The notes beneath the pieces are model-generated. The model did no database searches. It had not been told where the DNA came from and worked only from the letters and a program-made list of their open reading frames with translations. The translations under genes were made by a program, and so were the position numbers. From Ureaplasma parvum serovar 3 str. ATCC 27815 (GTDB lineage: Bacteria > Bacillota_I > Bacilli_A > Mycoplasmatales > Mycoplasmoidaceae), in contig NC_010503.1 in assembly GCF_000019345.1 (NCBI RefSeq), forward strand, positions 630,001-662,000: a stretch of DNA of 32,000 nt, written 5' to 3'. Below are positions 9,536-21,746 of this stretch, one piece after another. Numbering within the stretch: position 1 is the stretch's first letter; every line of letters starts with the position of its first letter.

Positions 9536-11146
9536 ATGAAAAAATGAAAACTAGTTCGAACTTCAGGGTTGATTCTTATTACAGGAATTAGTATACCTGT
9601 AATAACAACAAGTTGTTCTCTAATTGATTTGTTCAAAAGTAATAATGAGAAACAAAATGAATTTACTCATGGTAAACTAAAATCTAATCTTGATTACAAT
9701 GTAAGTACTGCTTATTTAAATAAAAGATCTATTGCTTTAAAATTCACAATACCTTTAGATAAAAATCAAGCTATTAATATTTTTGGAACAGGATGAATTT
9801 TTGATTTTCAAGAAGATCCATTTACAAAAAACATTAGAACTTATTACTTGGCAACTAACATTCATGTTATTAATTTGATTTCAGCAGCAAAACAAAATGC
9901 TTCTTTAACGCTTGGTCAATACGATTTAGAATCCCAATCCCAAGATACAAGAGCTTTTTTTAATGAAAATTTATCATTTAAATCCGCTAAAAAAACTTAT
10001 AATCCACAATACTATGTAAATTATAATCCAGTAGGCACTTTTTCAATTTTGCCTGTTGGATTAAAAAACCAACTAAAAAATTATGGTATTAAAAACCCAG
10101 CCGCTTTAGCTTCTTTAAATAATTTAACAACTGCTGTTGATTTAGCTATTATCAAAATCACACCAGATATCTTACAAAAAAATAATATTGATGCTTTGAG
10201 AAATTTTGATAAAGAAGTAGGTATTGGTTTTGGTAATACTATTAGCAATCATCAAAGGTTTTATGCCGCAGGATATCCACATGATGAAAAATATAGTCGT
10301 TGAAACCAGTATTCAAACCAACCAGATGAATTATTTAATTCATTTTCAACATCAAATTATCGGAAGGATAATCCAATAAATTTTAGTTATAATGAAGAAT
10401 ATATGACAGTTAGTAACCGTAACACAATAGGTAAAAATAATCCTACTAAATATGAAGCTTATGACTATGCAACAAAAAATTTTGATTTACATTCAGGAGC
10501 ATCAGGAAGTCCAATAATTGATGACAATAATAACTATGTTGGAATTTATTGAGGTGGATTTAAAATTCAAGAGGGTCTAAAAACAACTTTTTATGGTAAT
10601 TTTAGCCCTTTATTCGTTCATAAAGATAATGGATTATCTCAAGATTTATTAGCATATTATTTAGCATATACTGCAAATGAAACTACATATTTAGACACTA
10701 ATTTTAATACTAATTTACGTTATTCAGCATTATCAAAAGAAAATAAAGAAATATATGATAAATTTGTTCAAAGTCTTGAAAAACAATTTCTAAGTGATGA
10801 TAATCAGTATGGTGATAAAAATATTTTATCACTAAAAACAGTTGATGGATATTCTAAAAATAAACAAGATTTAATTAATACCTTATACAATTTTATTTTT
10901 AAGGATATTAATTCACCATCATTTAATGAGAAATATACACATGAAAATTTAAAATTAAAAGATATAATTGATGTAAAAGTTGAATGAAATCGTAACAAAA
11001 ATATTGATTTAAGAATCACATTTATAACAAAAAGACCGTTAAATTTTAATGTTAATCATATTGTTAATTTCAATACAAGCTTTACTTTTTTTAAAGAAAT
11101 CTCTAAACCAAATGAAAATAATAATTGAATTGACCAATTATTATAA
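9536..11146 (+). CDS. Lipoprotein with trypsin-fold serine protease domain (mycoplasma DUF31-like putative peptidase), 536 aa
   Basis: MKKWKLVRTSGLILITGISIPVITTS-C is a signal peptide plus lipobox. Catalytic-triad-like motifs appear in order: GTGWIFD...YYLATNIHV (His), AVDLAIIKI (Asp), HSGASGSPII (Ser). Translated continuously in frame 2 through 7 TGA-Trp to TAA 11144-11146. Confidence 0.75.
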
Positions 11147-11217
11147 TTTTGTTTATTTCATTGTTTCTATTTTATAAAATATAAATATGAAAATTTAGTT
11201 AAAAGGAATAATTATTT

Positions 11218-11436
11218 ATGGCATCTGAAGATAAAGTAGTTTACTATTTATCACCTAATGAAGATAAGGGTTGAAAGATCTTTAAAAAAGGTGGCGAACG
11301 TGCAACAAAATTATTTAGCACTAAAAAAGAAGCTTTAGAATATATCAAAACATTAGGACGTAATCAAAATGCTGTTGTTTATATTCAAACAAAAGATGGT
11401 AAATTCCAAGACGTTCGAAATTATCGTGATAAATAA
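11218..11436 (+). CDS. Small DUF2188-like protein, 72 aa
   Basis: AAAGGAA upstream of the ATG. MASEDKVVYYLSPNEDKGWKIFKKGGERATKLFSTKKEALEYIKTLGRNQNAVVYIQTKDGKFQDVRNY fits the DUF2188 pattern (GW.v...g..ra...f.tK.eA...a......l.ih..dG.i). One TGA-Trp. Confidence 0.6.
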
Positions 11437-11468
11437 ACAAGATAAATTAAAGATAAATTAATTGATTA

Positions 11469-11520
11469 AAAACATTAAGAAGTACACCCTAATAAATGTA
11501 TTTCTTAATGTTTTTATTTT
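11469..11520 (+). terminator. Rho-independent terminator between convergent genes
   Basis: ACATTAAGAAGTAC-(loop)-GTATTTCTTAATGT followed by TTTTTATTTT. It lies between the stop at 11436 (+) and the stop at 11550 (-). Confidence 0.6.
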
Positions 11521-11549
11521 TCGAATTAAAGGTTAATAATTGCTAAATT

Positions 11550-13343
11550 CTATTTTCATAAAATATGGCGGATTCATTTAAATGAATATTGATTAGTAAT
11601 TTGATTATCTTTATAATCGTTTTTATTTAAATACTTGTAGTAGACAATCGTAAACATTAATAAAGAAATAATTAAAATTACAGCACTAGATATTGATAAT
11701 GGCATTGATCACGCCAATAATCCAGCAAACTTAACACTACTTTGGTAATCAACACCAAAACCAACAACAAAAGCAATTACTAAAACTTGCAATAATAATG
11801 TTGGAAAAGGTGATTGTTGCTTTTTAGCAATTAGATCACGATAACGCATTAATGTTAATGACAATGAGTAAAAAATTGCAAATATTGTTAAATGAATATA
11901 TGTATTATCACCAATTAATAATTTTTTAACTACCTCTGCTGAAATTTGCACAAAAGATGTGGTAATTGGATTATCAATACCATATAAATATTTAAAGTTA
12001 GGCCCTGCTGCTCAAATTGGAGTTATTAATTGTTTAATAACAACTTTTCATACCTCAGGATTATGGTTTGTTAAGTGTGCTAAAATCAATCTTGGATCAA
12101 TATGGGCTTGTGCCCCTAAAAAGTATACTAATCGAGGATTATTTAAAATTCCTTGACGAATTGACATATAAAAATGATCTGGTATTTCTGCATCTAAATT
12201 AATATATGCTTCATTTTGTTCTTTAGCATAAACGACTGATAGAGGTTTGATTGAAAAACCAAAAATAATTGCTGCAATCATTAAATAAACAAACAATAAA
12301 CCAAAAACACAAATAAATAATTGGCGCGAATGGTAACGACGATCACGAATAGTTTGTTTTTGAAAAATATAAAATAGGTAATCAGTAAAACCTAATCCAA
12401 TCCCTTGAATAAACAACATCGCATGATATCATAAAATTCGACCAGTTTGTAGATTTAAAGGAACAGAATTTGTCATTTTTTGATTAATTAAATGATATAA
12501 AGCTAATAGAACAAACATTTTTATAATTGAACTAAAAATCGAAATTAAAGTTTGATTTCAAATTTGTTTAATGCTAATTTTTAATAAATTTAATGATAAA
12601 CCTAATTTAGATATCCTTCAATCTTTACTAAATTTAATAATACTAATGGCAATTGTTGAAATAATATAACCAATTGACAATCCTAAACCATACCCACTAT
12701 AAGCTAAAATACTATATTTACCTAATAAAAAACTTGTCACTAAACAAATTGTTCATGTGGCAAAATCTAAAATAATAGTTAATAGAATTTTACGACGATC
12801 ATTTGTTCAAATAGAAATTAAAAAATAATTATGAACTGGTGCTAAAACGATAATCCCCAAACTTGATCATATGTATTGTTCACCAAATAGTTGAGCAAAC
12901 AAGGTATTTTCATGAATGTTTGCATAAAGATTATAAGTATAAGATGTCGCCAAATAAACACCCAACATTATTAAACCGAATGAAAATGCATAAAAACTTG
13001 CTAAGTTAGTTGTTGAATGTGATGGAACAAACTTGTGTTTACTTCCATCATATAGTTTTTTAGCTCATAAGGCTAAAACTACACCTATATTTCCACCTAA
13101 TTGTATAAAACTAAATTGGAAAACAACAATATAGCTAACACTTGTCGCAGCAAATGCACCACTAAAATTATGTAACGCTATTATTATTGTAATTAATAAT
13201 AAAGCTAACGATGAGAACAAACTTGAAGCTATAAACGATGAGCTATCTTTTATGACTTCTCATAATGTTGTAAAAATGCCATAATGTTTTTTAAAAACAT
13301 GACGTTTAATTACAAGGGGCGTTTTTTCAATCGATGATGTCAT
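11550..13343 (-). CDS. Polytopic membrane protein, 597 aa, paralog A (possibly a MATE/MOP-superfamily-like transporter; function uncertain)
   Basis: ATG 13343 with AAAAGGAGA upstream. Fully hand-translated with no TAA/TAG and 14 TGA-Trp. About 12 or more hydrophobic segments plus a ~100-aa hydrophilic insert. Clearly paralogous to the next gene (shared RYHSRQLF, FGFSxK, SFYxFxFGL, LDFxTWT). Confidence 0.55.
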
Positions 13344-13431
13344 AATTTTCTCCTTTTCAAAATAAGTAATACATTTAAAAATTATACCATTAATATAAAA
13401 ATATTATTTAATATGTGGATATTAAATAATA

Positions 13432-15234
13432 TTAATTTTGACGAACCTTAATTTGTTGTTCTAATTGTTTTTTAGGCATAATTGATAATTTTTCATCATT
13501 GTACTTATGATTCTTTAAATATTTACGATAAATACGTAAAATTTTATAAGTGCTATATCCTAAAATAAAAATACTTGATATAAATAAAGGAAATGATCAA
13601 GCCATTAAACCAATGAAATGTGGATCTGATTGGTGTGTTAACCCAAATCCAGAAGTAAACGCAACCATAACTAATTGAATAACAATCATTACATATGGAG
13701 GACGTTGTCGTCGGGCAATTAATCCTACATAACGACTTAAAATAGAAGAAAAAGAAAAGAATGTACAAAAGAATGATAATAAAATATAAGCATTATTTTT
13801 AATTAAATAACTATAAATATTTGAAGCTGAAATATCAACAAATCGATGTGTAAAAGGATTTTTCATTTGATATATCGTTTCAAATTTATCACCTAGTTTT
13901 CATATTGGATCAATCACTTTTTGCGCCATTGGTAATCAAATATTTTTATCATTTGATGATAAAGCATTAACAACTTCTTGGCGACCAATATTCACATGAC
14001 TAGTAATAATATCTAATAATTTTTCATCATTAATTAAAATTTTTCTTAAAGATTGATAGAAATGTTCGGGAACTTGCTTTTCTAAAAATATATAAGATGG
14101 ACTTTGTTCACTTGTATACAATTGGACTAATTGTTTTACAGAAAAACCAAAAATAACTGAAGTAATTAAAGCAAATAAAATACCTAATATAAAAACTCAA
14201 AAAAATAATTGTCTTGAATGATAACGACAGTCTCTGACTTCTTGTTTTTGATATAAATAAAATAAAAAATCTGACAATCCTAAATTTAACATTTGTATGA
14301 AAATCATTGATTGGTACATTAGAATTCTCGTTGATTGAAAATCTAATAATGATGAACCAACTACACGTGAGTTAATTACCACAAATGTAATTAACAAAAT
14401 AAACATTTTACCAACTGATTTTAATGATGATAAAATCGTTTGAATTCATAATAATTTAATACTTAAAACAAATAATCTTTTTGAAATATATAATGGACGT
14501 AAAACAATTTGGGCTTTTTCAATTGTAGTCATACCAATAATAATAGTTCAAAAAACAAAACCAATTGACATACCAAGGCCATAGCCCCAATAATTTAAAA
14601 CACTATAACTACCTAATAAAAAAGCTGCAATTAATGCGGTTGTTCATGTACAAAAATCTAAAACAATTGCTAATAAAACATTAATGGACTTGGTTGATCT
14701 TATTAACATCAATAAATAGTTTCGCAAAGGTGCTAAACCAACAACTGCTAATCCTGAAACAATATATGCACTACCTACACTTTGATTAATCACTGTATTT
14801 TGGTGATCATTTGCAAAATGATTATAAATGTAAGAGGTTGTAAAATAAATTAATAAAACTACTAAACCAAAGATAAATGAATAAAAACTAGCAGCATTTA
14901 CTGTATCATTTGTAGGTTCAAACTTATACTTACCATCTTTAAATGATCTTTTTGACCAAATCGCAAAAACAATGCCAAAGGTTGTTCCTAATTGTAAAAA
15001 ACTTAACTGAAAGATAGTTAAATAACTAATACTAGTTGCTGCATAAGCACCAATATCTTTATGATGAGCAACAATTACAACAATTAAAATTAATGATAGT
15101 CCTGTAAAAACACTTGCAGCGATAAATGGCGAGCTTTCTTTTAAAAGTTCTAAAAGTGTTCTAAAAACGGTAAGATTTTTTTTAAAATAAGAATCGGATT
15201 TTTTAATAACTTTCATTTGTTTCTGTTCTTCCAA
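13432..15234 (-). CDS. Polytopic membrane protein, ~600 aa, paralog B
   Basis: Pieces 13597-13866, 13936-14121, 14197-14406 and 14644-15267 are in one frame. Likely start is TTG 15234, 6 nt after GGGGGAGA; the alternative is ATG 15216. Stop is TAA 13432-13434. Confidence 0.55.
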
Positions 15235-15296
15235 ATTAAATCTCCCCCTTTTATATAAAAACACCATATAGATTATATCATAAAATATACTAAAAA

Positions 15297-17132
15297 TTAT
15301 ATTTTTTTATTTATTAAAAATTTTTTAATTATTTTTATATAATCATCGATTCAACTATTAAAAATTATATTAACTTCTTCTCAAACATCGTTCTCATTAA
15401 TTTTTATATCTAAAATATTAATTGTTTCAAGAGGAGACAAACTCCCTCCAGATTTAAAAAAACAGAAATATTTTTCTTTAGCGTTTGCTTTATTATTGAA
15501 AATTCTTATCGCATTAATTAATCCACAAATTTGTCCAATAACATATTTATATACATAAAAATTACCAGTATAAAAATGTGGAATGTTAATTAAAATTAAA
15601 GCGTTTGCTTCATCATATTTACTGATTTTGTTTTTATTATATTTATATCCTGTATAATCATGATTTATTTCTAGATAAGCTAAAACTATTTTATTTCAGC
15701 TAAATTCTTCACCTTGATTAATTCATTCATTGGCAACTCACTCAAAATTTGAAAAAATCGCTTGGCGTGTAGTTGTAGCAATAAAACCACTAATCATTTC
15801 ATCTAAAATATAAAGACGCATTAAATCATCATTTTCGTATTTCTTTAATAAATGGTAATTCATTAAGATCTCATTAGTAATGGAAGCAATTTCTGCATAA
15901 AAGGTTTCATATTCATTATATACTTCTTGTGATTGATTAGCAAAATAAGTGTGTACAGAATGCCCTAATTCATGAACTAATGTTAAAATAGAATTATAAG
16001 TTTCATCATAATTCATTAAAATAAAAATTTTATCTAAGCCTTTAGTGTTACTTATAGAATATGCTCCAGAAATTTTATTATTATTTGGCATTCATGATAT
16101 TCATTGCTCATTGAACGCTCTTTGTACAACATTTATATATTCACTACCTAATAATGCCAAAGCTTCTAAAGTTAAGTTTTTAGCAGATTCAATACTAAAC
16201 ATGTTTTTTTTATCAATTATATCTAAATTTTTATCTCATGGTTCAACTTTAGTTAATTGATATTGTTGTTTTAGAAATAATGTTCGATATTTTGTATATC
16301 TATTAATTCCTTTAGCAAATTTTTTTGTTTGTGTATAAATATGATTTATAAAATTTTTATCAACCTTATCACTAAAAGCATCCGCAGAAATATAATCCTT
16401 AAAATTATGTAATTTTGCTAACTCGTTTTGTTTAACATATTCATAATATAATAATTTACTAAAAGTATTACGTAAATCATATATCGCTTTAAAATGAGAT
16501 TCATAAGCTGATTTTCGTAAAGCACGATCATTTGATTTAGATGCAACATAAAGATCAGTTTGATTTTTAAAACAAACTTTTTGTTTTTTATAGTTTATAC
16601 CATCCTGATACTGCATATCTGAATCTAATAAAACATCAAAAATATCACCAAAACTTGAACTAAAACGGCTAATAGCTGTAACAACTTTTTGTTGTTGTTC
16701 ATTTAAAATATGTTTTTCGTAACGTCATAATTCTTCATATTCTAATTGGTATTTAATTAATGAAGAATTTTTTAAATATGAATTAATTAAATCTTTATTT
16801 TTTATTGCTAAATTTTCAAAATTAATAAAAATTTTAGCTACACGATGTTGTTCATGTTCAATTTTTTGAGACCAAGCAAGCATTTCATTATCGATTAAAT
16901 TTGTTTGCAATTTATTTGAAACATAATTGTTAATTCGATTACTAATTAATAAATTTTTTTCTGAAACTTCGTGAAAATTAATAAAATCATTTAAACTATT
17001 AATCCACTTTTCAAAAGCTTTTATTAATTCATTATTTGATTCAACAAATTCATTGAACAAAATATCTAGTTTCTTGCCTTTTAATAATGAATCTATATCT
17101 CAATCATATTTTTTATCATTAATATCATTCAT
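15297..17132 (-). CDS. pepF: Oligoendopeptidase F (M3 family zinc metallopeptidase), 611 aa
   Basis: ATG 17132 (MNDINDKKYDWDIDSLLKGKKL...). HELGHSVH zinc motif; ...KISGAYS... Pieces 15738-16091, 16236-16616 and 16725-17060 are in frame, and the junctions were hand-checked. Confidence 0.9.
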
Positions 17133-17163
17133 TTAAACTAAATTTCCTTTTATAGAGTTATAG

Positions 17164-17205
17164 AAAAAAATGACCAAGTTTACTAAAAGACTTAGTCATT
17201 TTTTG
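17164..17205 (-). terminator. Rho-independent terminator after tuf
   Basis: Minus strand: ATGACTAAGT-(loop)-ACTTGGTCAT followed by a T-run (the A-run 17164-17170 on the plus strand). Confidence 0.6.
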
Positions 17206-17226
17206 TTTTTTGTTTTTTTAAAATTA

Positions 17227-18411
17227 TTAATTACTTGTTTTAATTACGCTACCATGACCTACAGTTTTACCACCTTCACGGATTGAGAATTTAGATCCAT
17301 CTTCAATCGCAACTGGAGCAATTAATTCTACAGTCATTTCAACGTCATCACCTGGCATAACCAAATCAACACCAGCAGGTAATGAAATAGCACCTGTTAC
17401 ATCTGTTGTTCTAAAATAGAATTGTGGACGGTATCCTGAAACAATAGGTGTATGACGTCCACCTTCTTCTTTTTTAAGAATATAAACTTTAGCAGTAAAA
17501 GTACGGTGAGGTTTAATTGATCCTGGTTTTACAAGTACTTGACCACGTTCAACATCTTCTTTTTTAATACCACGTAATAAAATACCAGCATTATCACCAG
17601 CTTCAGCTTGATCTAATGATTTTCTAAACATTTCAATTCCTGTAACAACAGTTTTTTGAGTGTCTTTTAGACCAACAATTTCAACCTCATCATTAACTTT
17701 TAATACACCACGTTCAACACGTCCAGTTACTACTGTACCACGTCCTGAAATTGTGAATACATCTTCAATTGCTAATAAGAATGGTTTGTCAGTACTACGT
17801 TCTGGTAATGGAATTCATGAATCAACTGCGTCCATTAATTCATCAATTTTTGCTTCTCAAACTGGATCTCCTTCTAAAGCCTTAAGACCTGAACCACGAA
17901 TAACTGGTGTGTTATCGCCATCAAATCCATATTTAGATAATAATTCACGAACTTCCATTTCAACAAGATCTTGCATATCTGGATCTGTCATGAAATCACA
18001 TTTGTTTAAGAAAACAACGATTTTTGGAACACCAACTTGACGTGCTAATAAAATATGTTCTTTAGTTTGAGCCATAACCCCATCAGATGCAGCAATAACT
18101 AAAATTGCTCCATCCATTTGTGCTGCCCCTGTAATCATATTTTTTACATAATCGGCATGTCCTGGACAGTCAACGTGTGCATAGTGACGTGTTTTTGTTT
18201 CATATTCAACGTGAGAAGCGTTAATTGTAATACCACGTTCTCTTTCTTCTGGTGTTTTATCAACATCAGCATATGATTGTGCAATAGCTTGTCCTTTTTT
18301 GGCAAGTACAGTACTAATTGCAGCTGTTAAAGTAGTTTTACCATGGTCAACGTGGCCTATAGTACCAATGTTAACGTGAGGTTTTGTTCTTTCAAATTTA
18401 GCTTTAGCCAT
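17227..18411 (-). CDS. tuf: Elongation factor Tu, 394 aa
   Basis: [31 protein letters not shown]...DCPGHADY...NKCD... Pieces 17227-17631 and 17857-18411 are in frame, joined through TGA-Trp codons. Confidence 0.98.
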
Positions 18412-18472
18412 TTTAAATCTCCTTAAAAATTAATTTATTTTCTAAATAATTTTTGAATACATAATAAAAGGT

Positions 18473-18500
18473 ATTATACCTTATAATTATAACATTTTAA
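18473..18500 (-). promoter_or_regulatory. Candidate internal promoter for tuf in the fusA-tuf spacer
   Basis: Minus strand has TATAAT at 18478-18473 (a second copy at 18491-18486) with TTAAAA 16 nt upstream. The spacer is 136 nt long. Confidence 0.35.
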
Positions 18501-18547
18501 CTTTTTAGATTATTAATTAAATACTTTATTGTTAATTGTTAAAATAA

Positions 18548-20614
18548 TTATTTTTTTGCACGTGCTACCATTACTTCTTCAGTAACAGACTTAGGTGCTT
18601 GTGCATAGTGACTGAATTGCATAATATATTGACCACGTCCTTGTGTATTTGAACGTAAATCCGTTGCATATCCAAACATTTCTGATAGCGGAACTTTAGC
18701 TTTAATAGCTTGTGCATTACCACGTTGTTCTTGTCCTTCAATTACACCACGACGTTTTGAAATATCGCCCATTACCGTCCCAAAATAATCATCAGGTGTA
18801 GTTACATCAACTGACATAATAGGTTCTAATAAAACTGGTTTGCATACTTTTGCTGCTTCTTTAAAAGCAAGAGATGCAGCAATTTTATAAGCCATACCAG
18901 ATGAATCAACATCATGATATGAACCATCAAAAATAGTTGCTTTAACGTCAATTGTTTGATAACCAGCAATTGGCCCTGATGTTAATGCCTCAATCAAGCC
19001 GTTTTCAACTTCTTTAATATATTCTTTTGGTACTTTACCACCTACAATGTTGTCAACAAATTCAAATCCTTTATCATGATTAGGTTCAAATTTAATTCAG
19101 ACATGCCCATATTGACCACGTCCACCAGATTGCTTAATATACTTACCTTCAGCATCAGCAACTTCAGTAAATGTCTCACGATAACTAACTTGAGGAGCAC
19201 CTACATTAACTTGAACATTAAATTCACGACGCATACGATCAACCAAAACATCTAAATGTAATTCACCCATTCCAGCAATAATAGTTTGACCTGTTTCTTC
19301 ATTTGTGTATGTTCTAAAAGTTGGATCTTCTTCAGCTAATTTAGATAAAGCTAAACTCATCTTTTCTTGATCTGCTTTAGTTTTTGGTTCAACAGATAAA
19401 GAAATAACAGGTTCTGCAAATACCATTTGTTCTAAAATAACTGGTTTTTTTTCATCACAAATTGTATCACCAGTAGTAGTGTCTTTTAATCCAATTACAG
19501 CACAAATATCACCAGCACTAATTGAATCAATCTCATCACGGTTGTTTGAATGCATTTTTACAAGACGAGAAATTCTTTCTTTTTTATCTTTTGTTGCATT
19601 GTAAATATAAGTACCTTTGTCAAGTTTACCACTATATACACGAATATATGTTAAACGTCCAACAAAAGGATCAGTTGCGACTTTGAAGGCAAGGGCAGCA
19701 AATGGTTCATTTGGATCATTATGATATTCAATTGGATTACCATGATCATCAACACCTTTAATTGGTGGAACATCAATTGGTGAAGGTAAGAAATCAACAA
19801 CTGCGTCTAATAATTTTTTAACACCTTTGTTTTTAAAAGCTGTACCACATAATACTGGGTATAATTCAGTTGAAATTACTCCTTTACGAATACATTTTTT
19901 AATATCTTCATGACTTAGTTCTTCACCAGATAAGTATTTTTCCATCACTTCATCATCAAAAACAGCTACATCATCGATCATTTGTGAACGCATTACTTGT
20001 GCTTTTGTTAAGTAATCAGCTGGAATATCTTCAATTTTATATTCTTCATCAGCTTTTCCATCATAAATATAAGCTTTCATTTCAATTAAATCAATACTTC
20101 CAACAAAATCGGCTTCAGCACCAATTGGAATTTGAATAGCTGTGGCTTTAACACCTAAACGATTCTTCATTGTCTCAATTGAGTAATAAAAATCAGCACC
20201 TGTTTTATCCATCTTATTAACAAAAACGATTCTTGGAACATTATATTTAGTAGCTTGTCTTCAGACTGTTTCAGTTTGTGGTTCAACTCCATTTTGACCA
20301 TCTAGAACAGCGACAGCTCCATCTAAAACACGCAAAGAACGTTCTACTTCAACAGTAAAATCAACGTGTCCCGGTGTATCAATTAAATTTAAACTATGAC
20401 CTTTTCATTTTGCATAAGTTGCTGCTGATGTAATGGTAATTCCACGTTCTTTTTCTTGTGCCATTCAATCCATTGTTGCAGCACCATCGTGAGTCTCTCC
20501 GATTTTATGATTCTTTCCTGTATGATATAAAATCCGTTCAGAGGTTGTTGTTTTACCAGCATCAATGTGTGCCATGATTCCAAAGTTACGAAATAATTTT
20601 AATTCTTTAGACAT
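18548..20614 (-). CDS. fusA: Elongation factor G, 688 aa
   Basis: ATG 20614: [34 protein letters not shown]...DTPGHVDF...[10 protein letters not shown]. Pieces 18548-18997 and 19097-20212 plus the N-terminus are in one frame. Confidence 0.98.
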
Positions 20615-20640
20615 ATATTAACAATTCCTTAAAACAAATT

Positions 20641-21108
<468 letters not shown>

Positions 21109-21135
21109 TTTTTTCGATCTCCTAACTAAATTTAA

Positions 21136-21561
21136 TTATTTAGATGCTTCTTTTTTAGGACGTTTAGCACCGTATAGTGAACGTTGTTGACGACGTTTTT
21201 CAACACCTGATGCGTCGCCAGCACCACGAACAATATGATAACGAACCCCTGGTAAGTCTTTAACTCTTCCCCCACGAATAACTACGACACTGTGTTCTTG
21301 TAAGTTATGTCCTTCACCTGGAATGTAAGCTAAAACTTCAAAACCATTACTTAAACGAACTTTAGCATATTTACGTAAAGCTGAGTTAGGTTTTTTAGGT
21401 GTCATTGTACCAACTCTAGTACAAACACCAGATTTTAGAGGTGATGGGTTTTTTGTTGTTTTTTTATGTAATGAGTTGTATGTAAATAAAAGAGCAGGTG
21501 ATTTAGTTTTTTTTACTTTAGGTGCTCGTTTATTACGAATCAATTGCGCAATTGTAGGCAT
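21136..21561 (-). CDS. rpsL: 30S ribosomal protein S12, 141 aa
   Basis: [12 protein letters not shown]...[19 protein letters not shown]...[29 protein letters not shown] upstream. Confidence 0.98.
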   Translation of the reverse strand: MPTIAQLIRNKRAPKVKKTKSPALLFTYNSLHKKTTKNPSPLKSGVCTRVGTMTPKKPNSALRKYAKVRLSNGFEVLAYIPGEGHNLQEHSVVVIRGGRVKDLPGVRYHIVRGAGDASGVEKRRQQRSLYGAKRPKKEASK

Positions 21562-21588
21562 GTAAATTTCCTTTCATTTTTTATGTTA

Positions 21589-21617
21589 ATTATAGACAAC
21601 GACTCCGTGCGTATCAA
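21589..21617 (-). promoter_or_regulatory. str-operon promoter
   Basis: Minus strand reads TTGATA (21617-21612), a 17-nt spacer, then TATAAT (21594-21589), 28 nt upstream of the rpsL ATG. Confidence 0.7.
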
Positions 21618-21682
21618 AAAAGTAAAATTACGATTGATAAAACACGTTACAAATTATAAACGAAAAAATTATAAAAGTAAAT

Positions 21683-21718
21683 AAAAAAGAGCAAAAACAA
21701 ATTTTTTACTCTTTTTTT
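21683..21718 (-). terminator. Terminator after the acid-phosphatase lipoprotein gene
   Basis: AAAAAAGAG(C)AAAAA-loop-TTTTT(A)CTCTTTTTT, an A/T-flanked hairpin between the stop at 21747 and the rpsL promoter. Confidence 0.5.
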
Positions 21719-21746
21719 AGGATTTAAATATGAAATTAAAAATTAT

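Noticed and set aside
9536-11146. The DUF31-like protease lipoprotein as the MIP half of a mycoplasma MIB-MIP immunoglobulin-cleavage pair
   Set aside because: No large MIB-like gene is adjacent; the neighbours are FecCD permeases and a DUF2188-like gene. The call is limited to a DUF31-like serine protease lipoprotein.
17660-18040. A 126-aa plus-strand ORF inside tuf, and similar antisense or overlapping ORFs at 3321-3701, 5349-5531, 6299-6505, 7830-8048, 10804-11019, 11959-12156, 13553-13768, 16045-16260, 20389-20583, 26855-27046 and 30467-30679
   Set aside because: They lie antisense to, or out of frame within, strongly supported genes. They have low-complexity or biased composition and no RBS or motif, so they are shadow ORFs.
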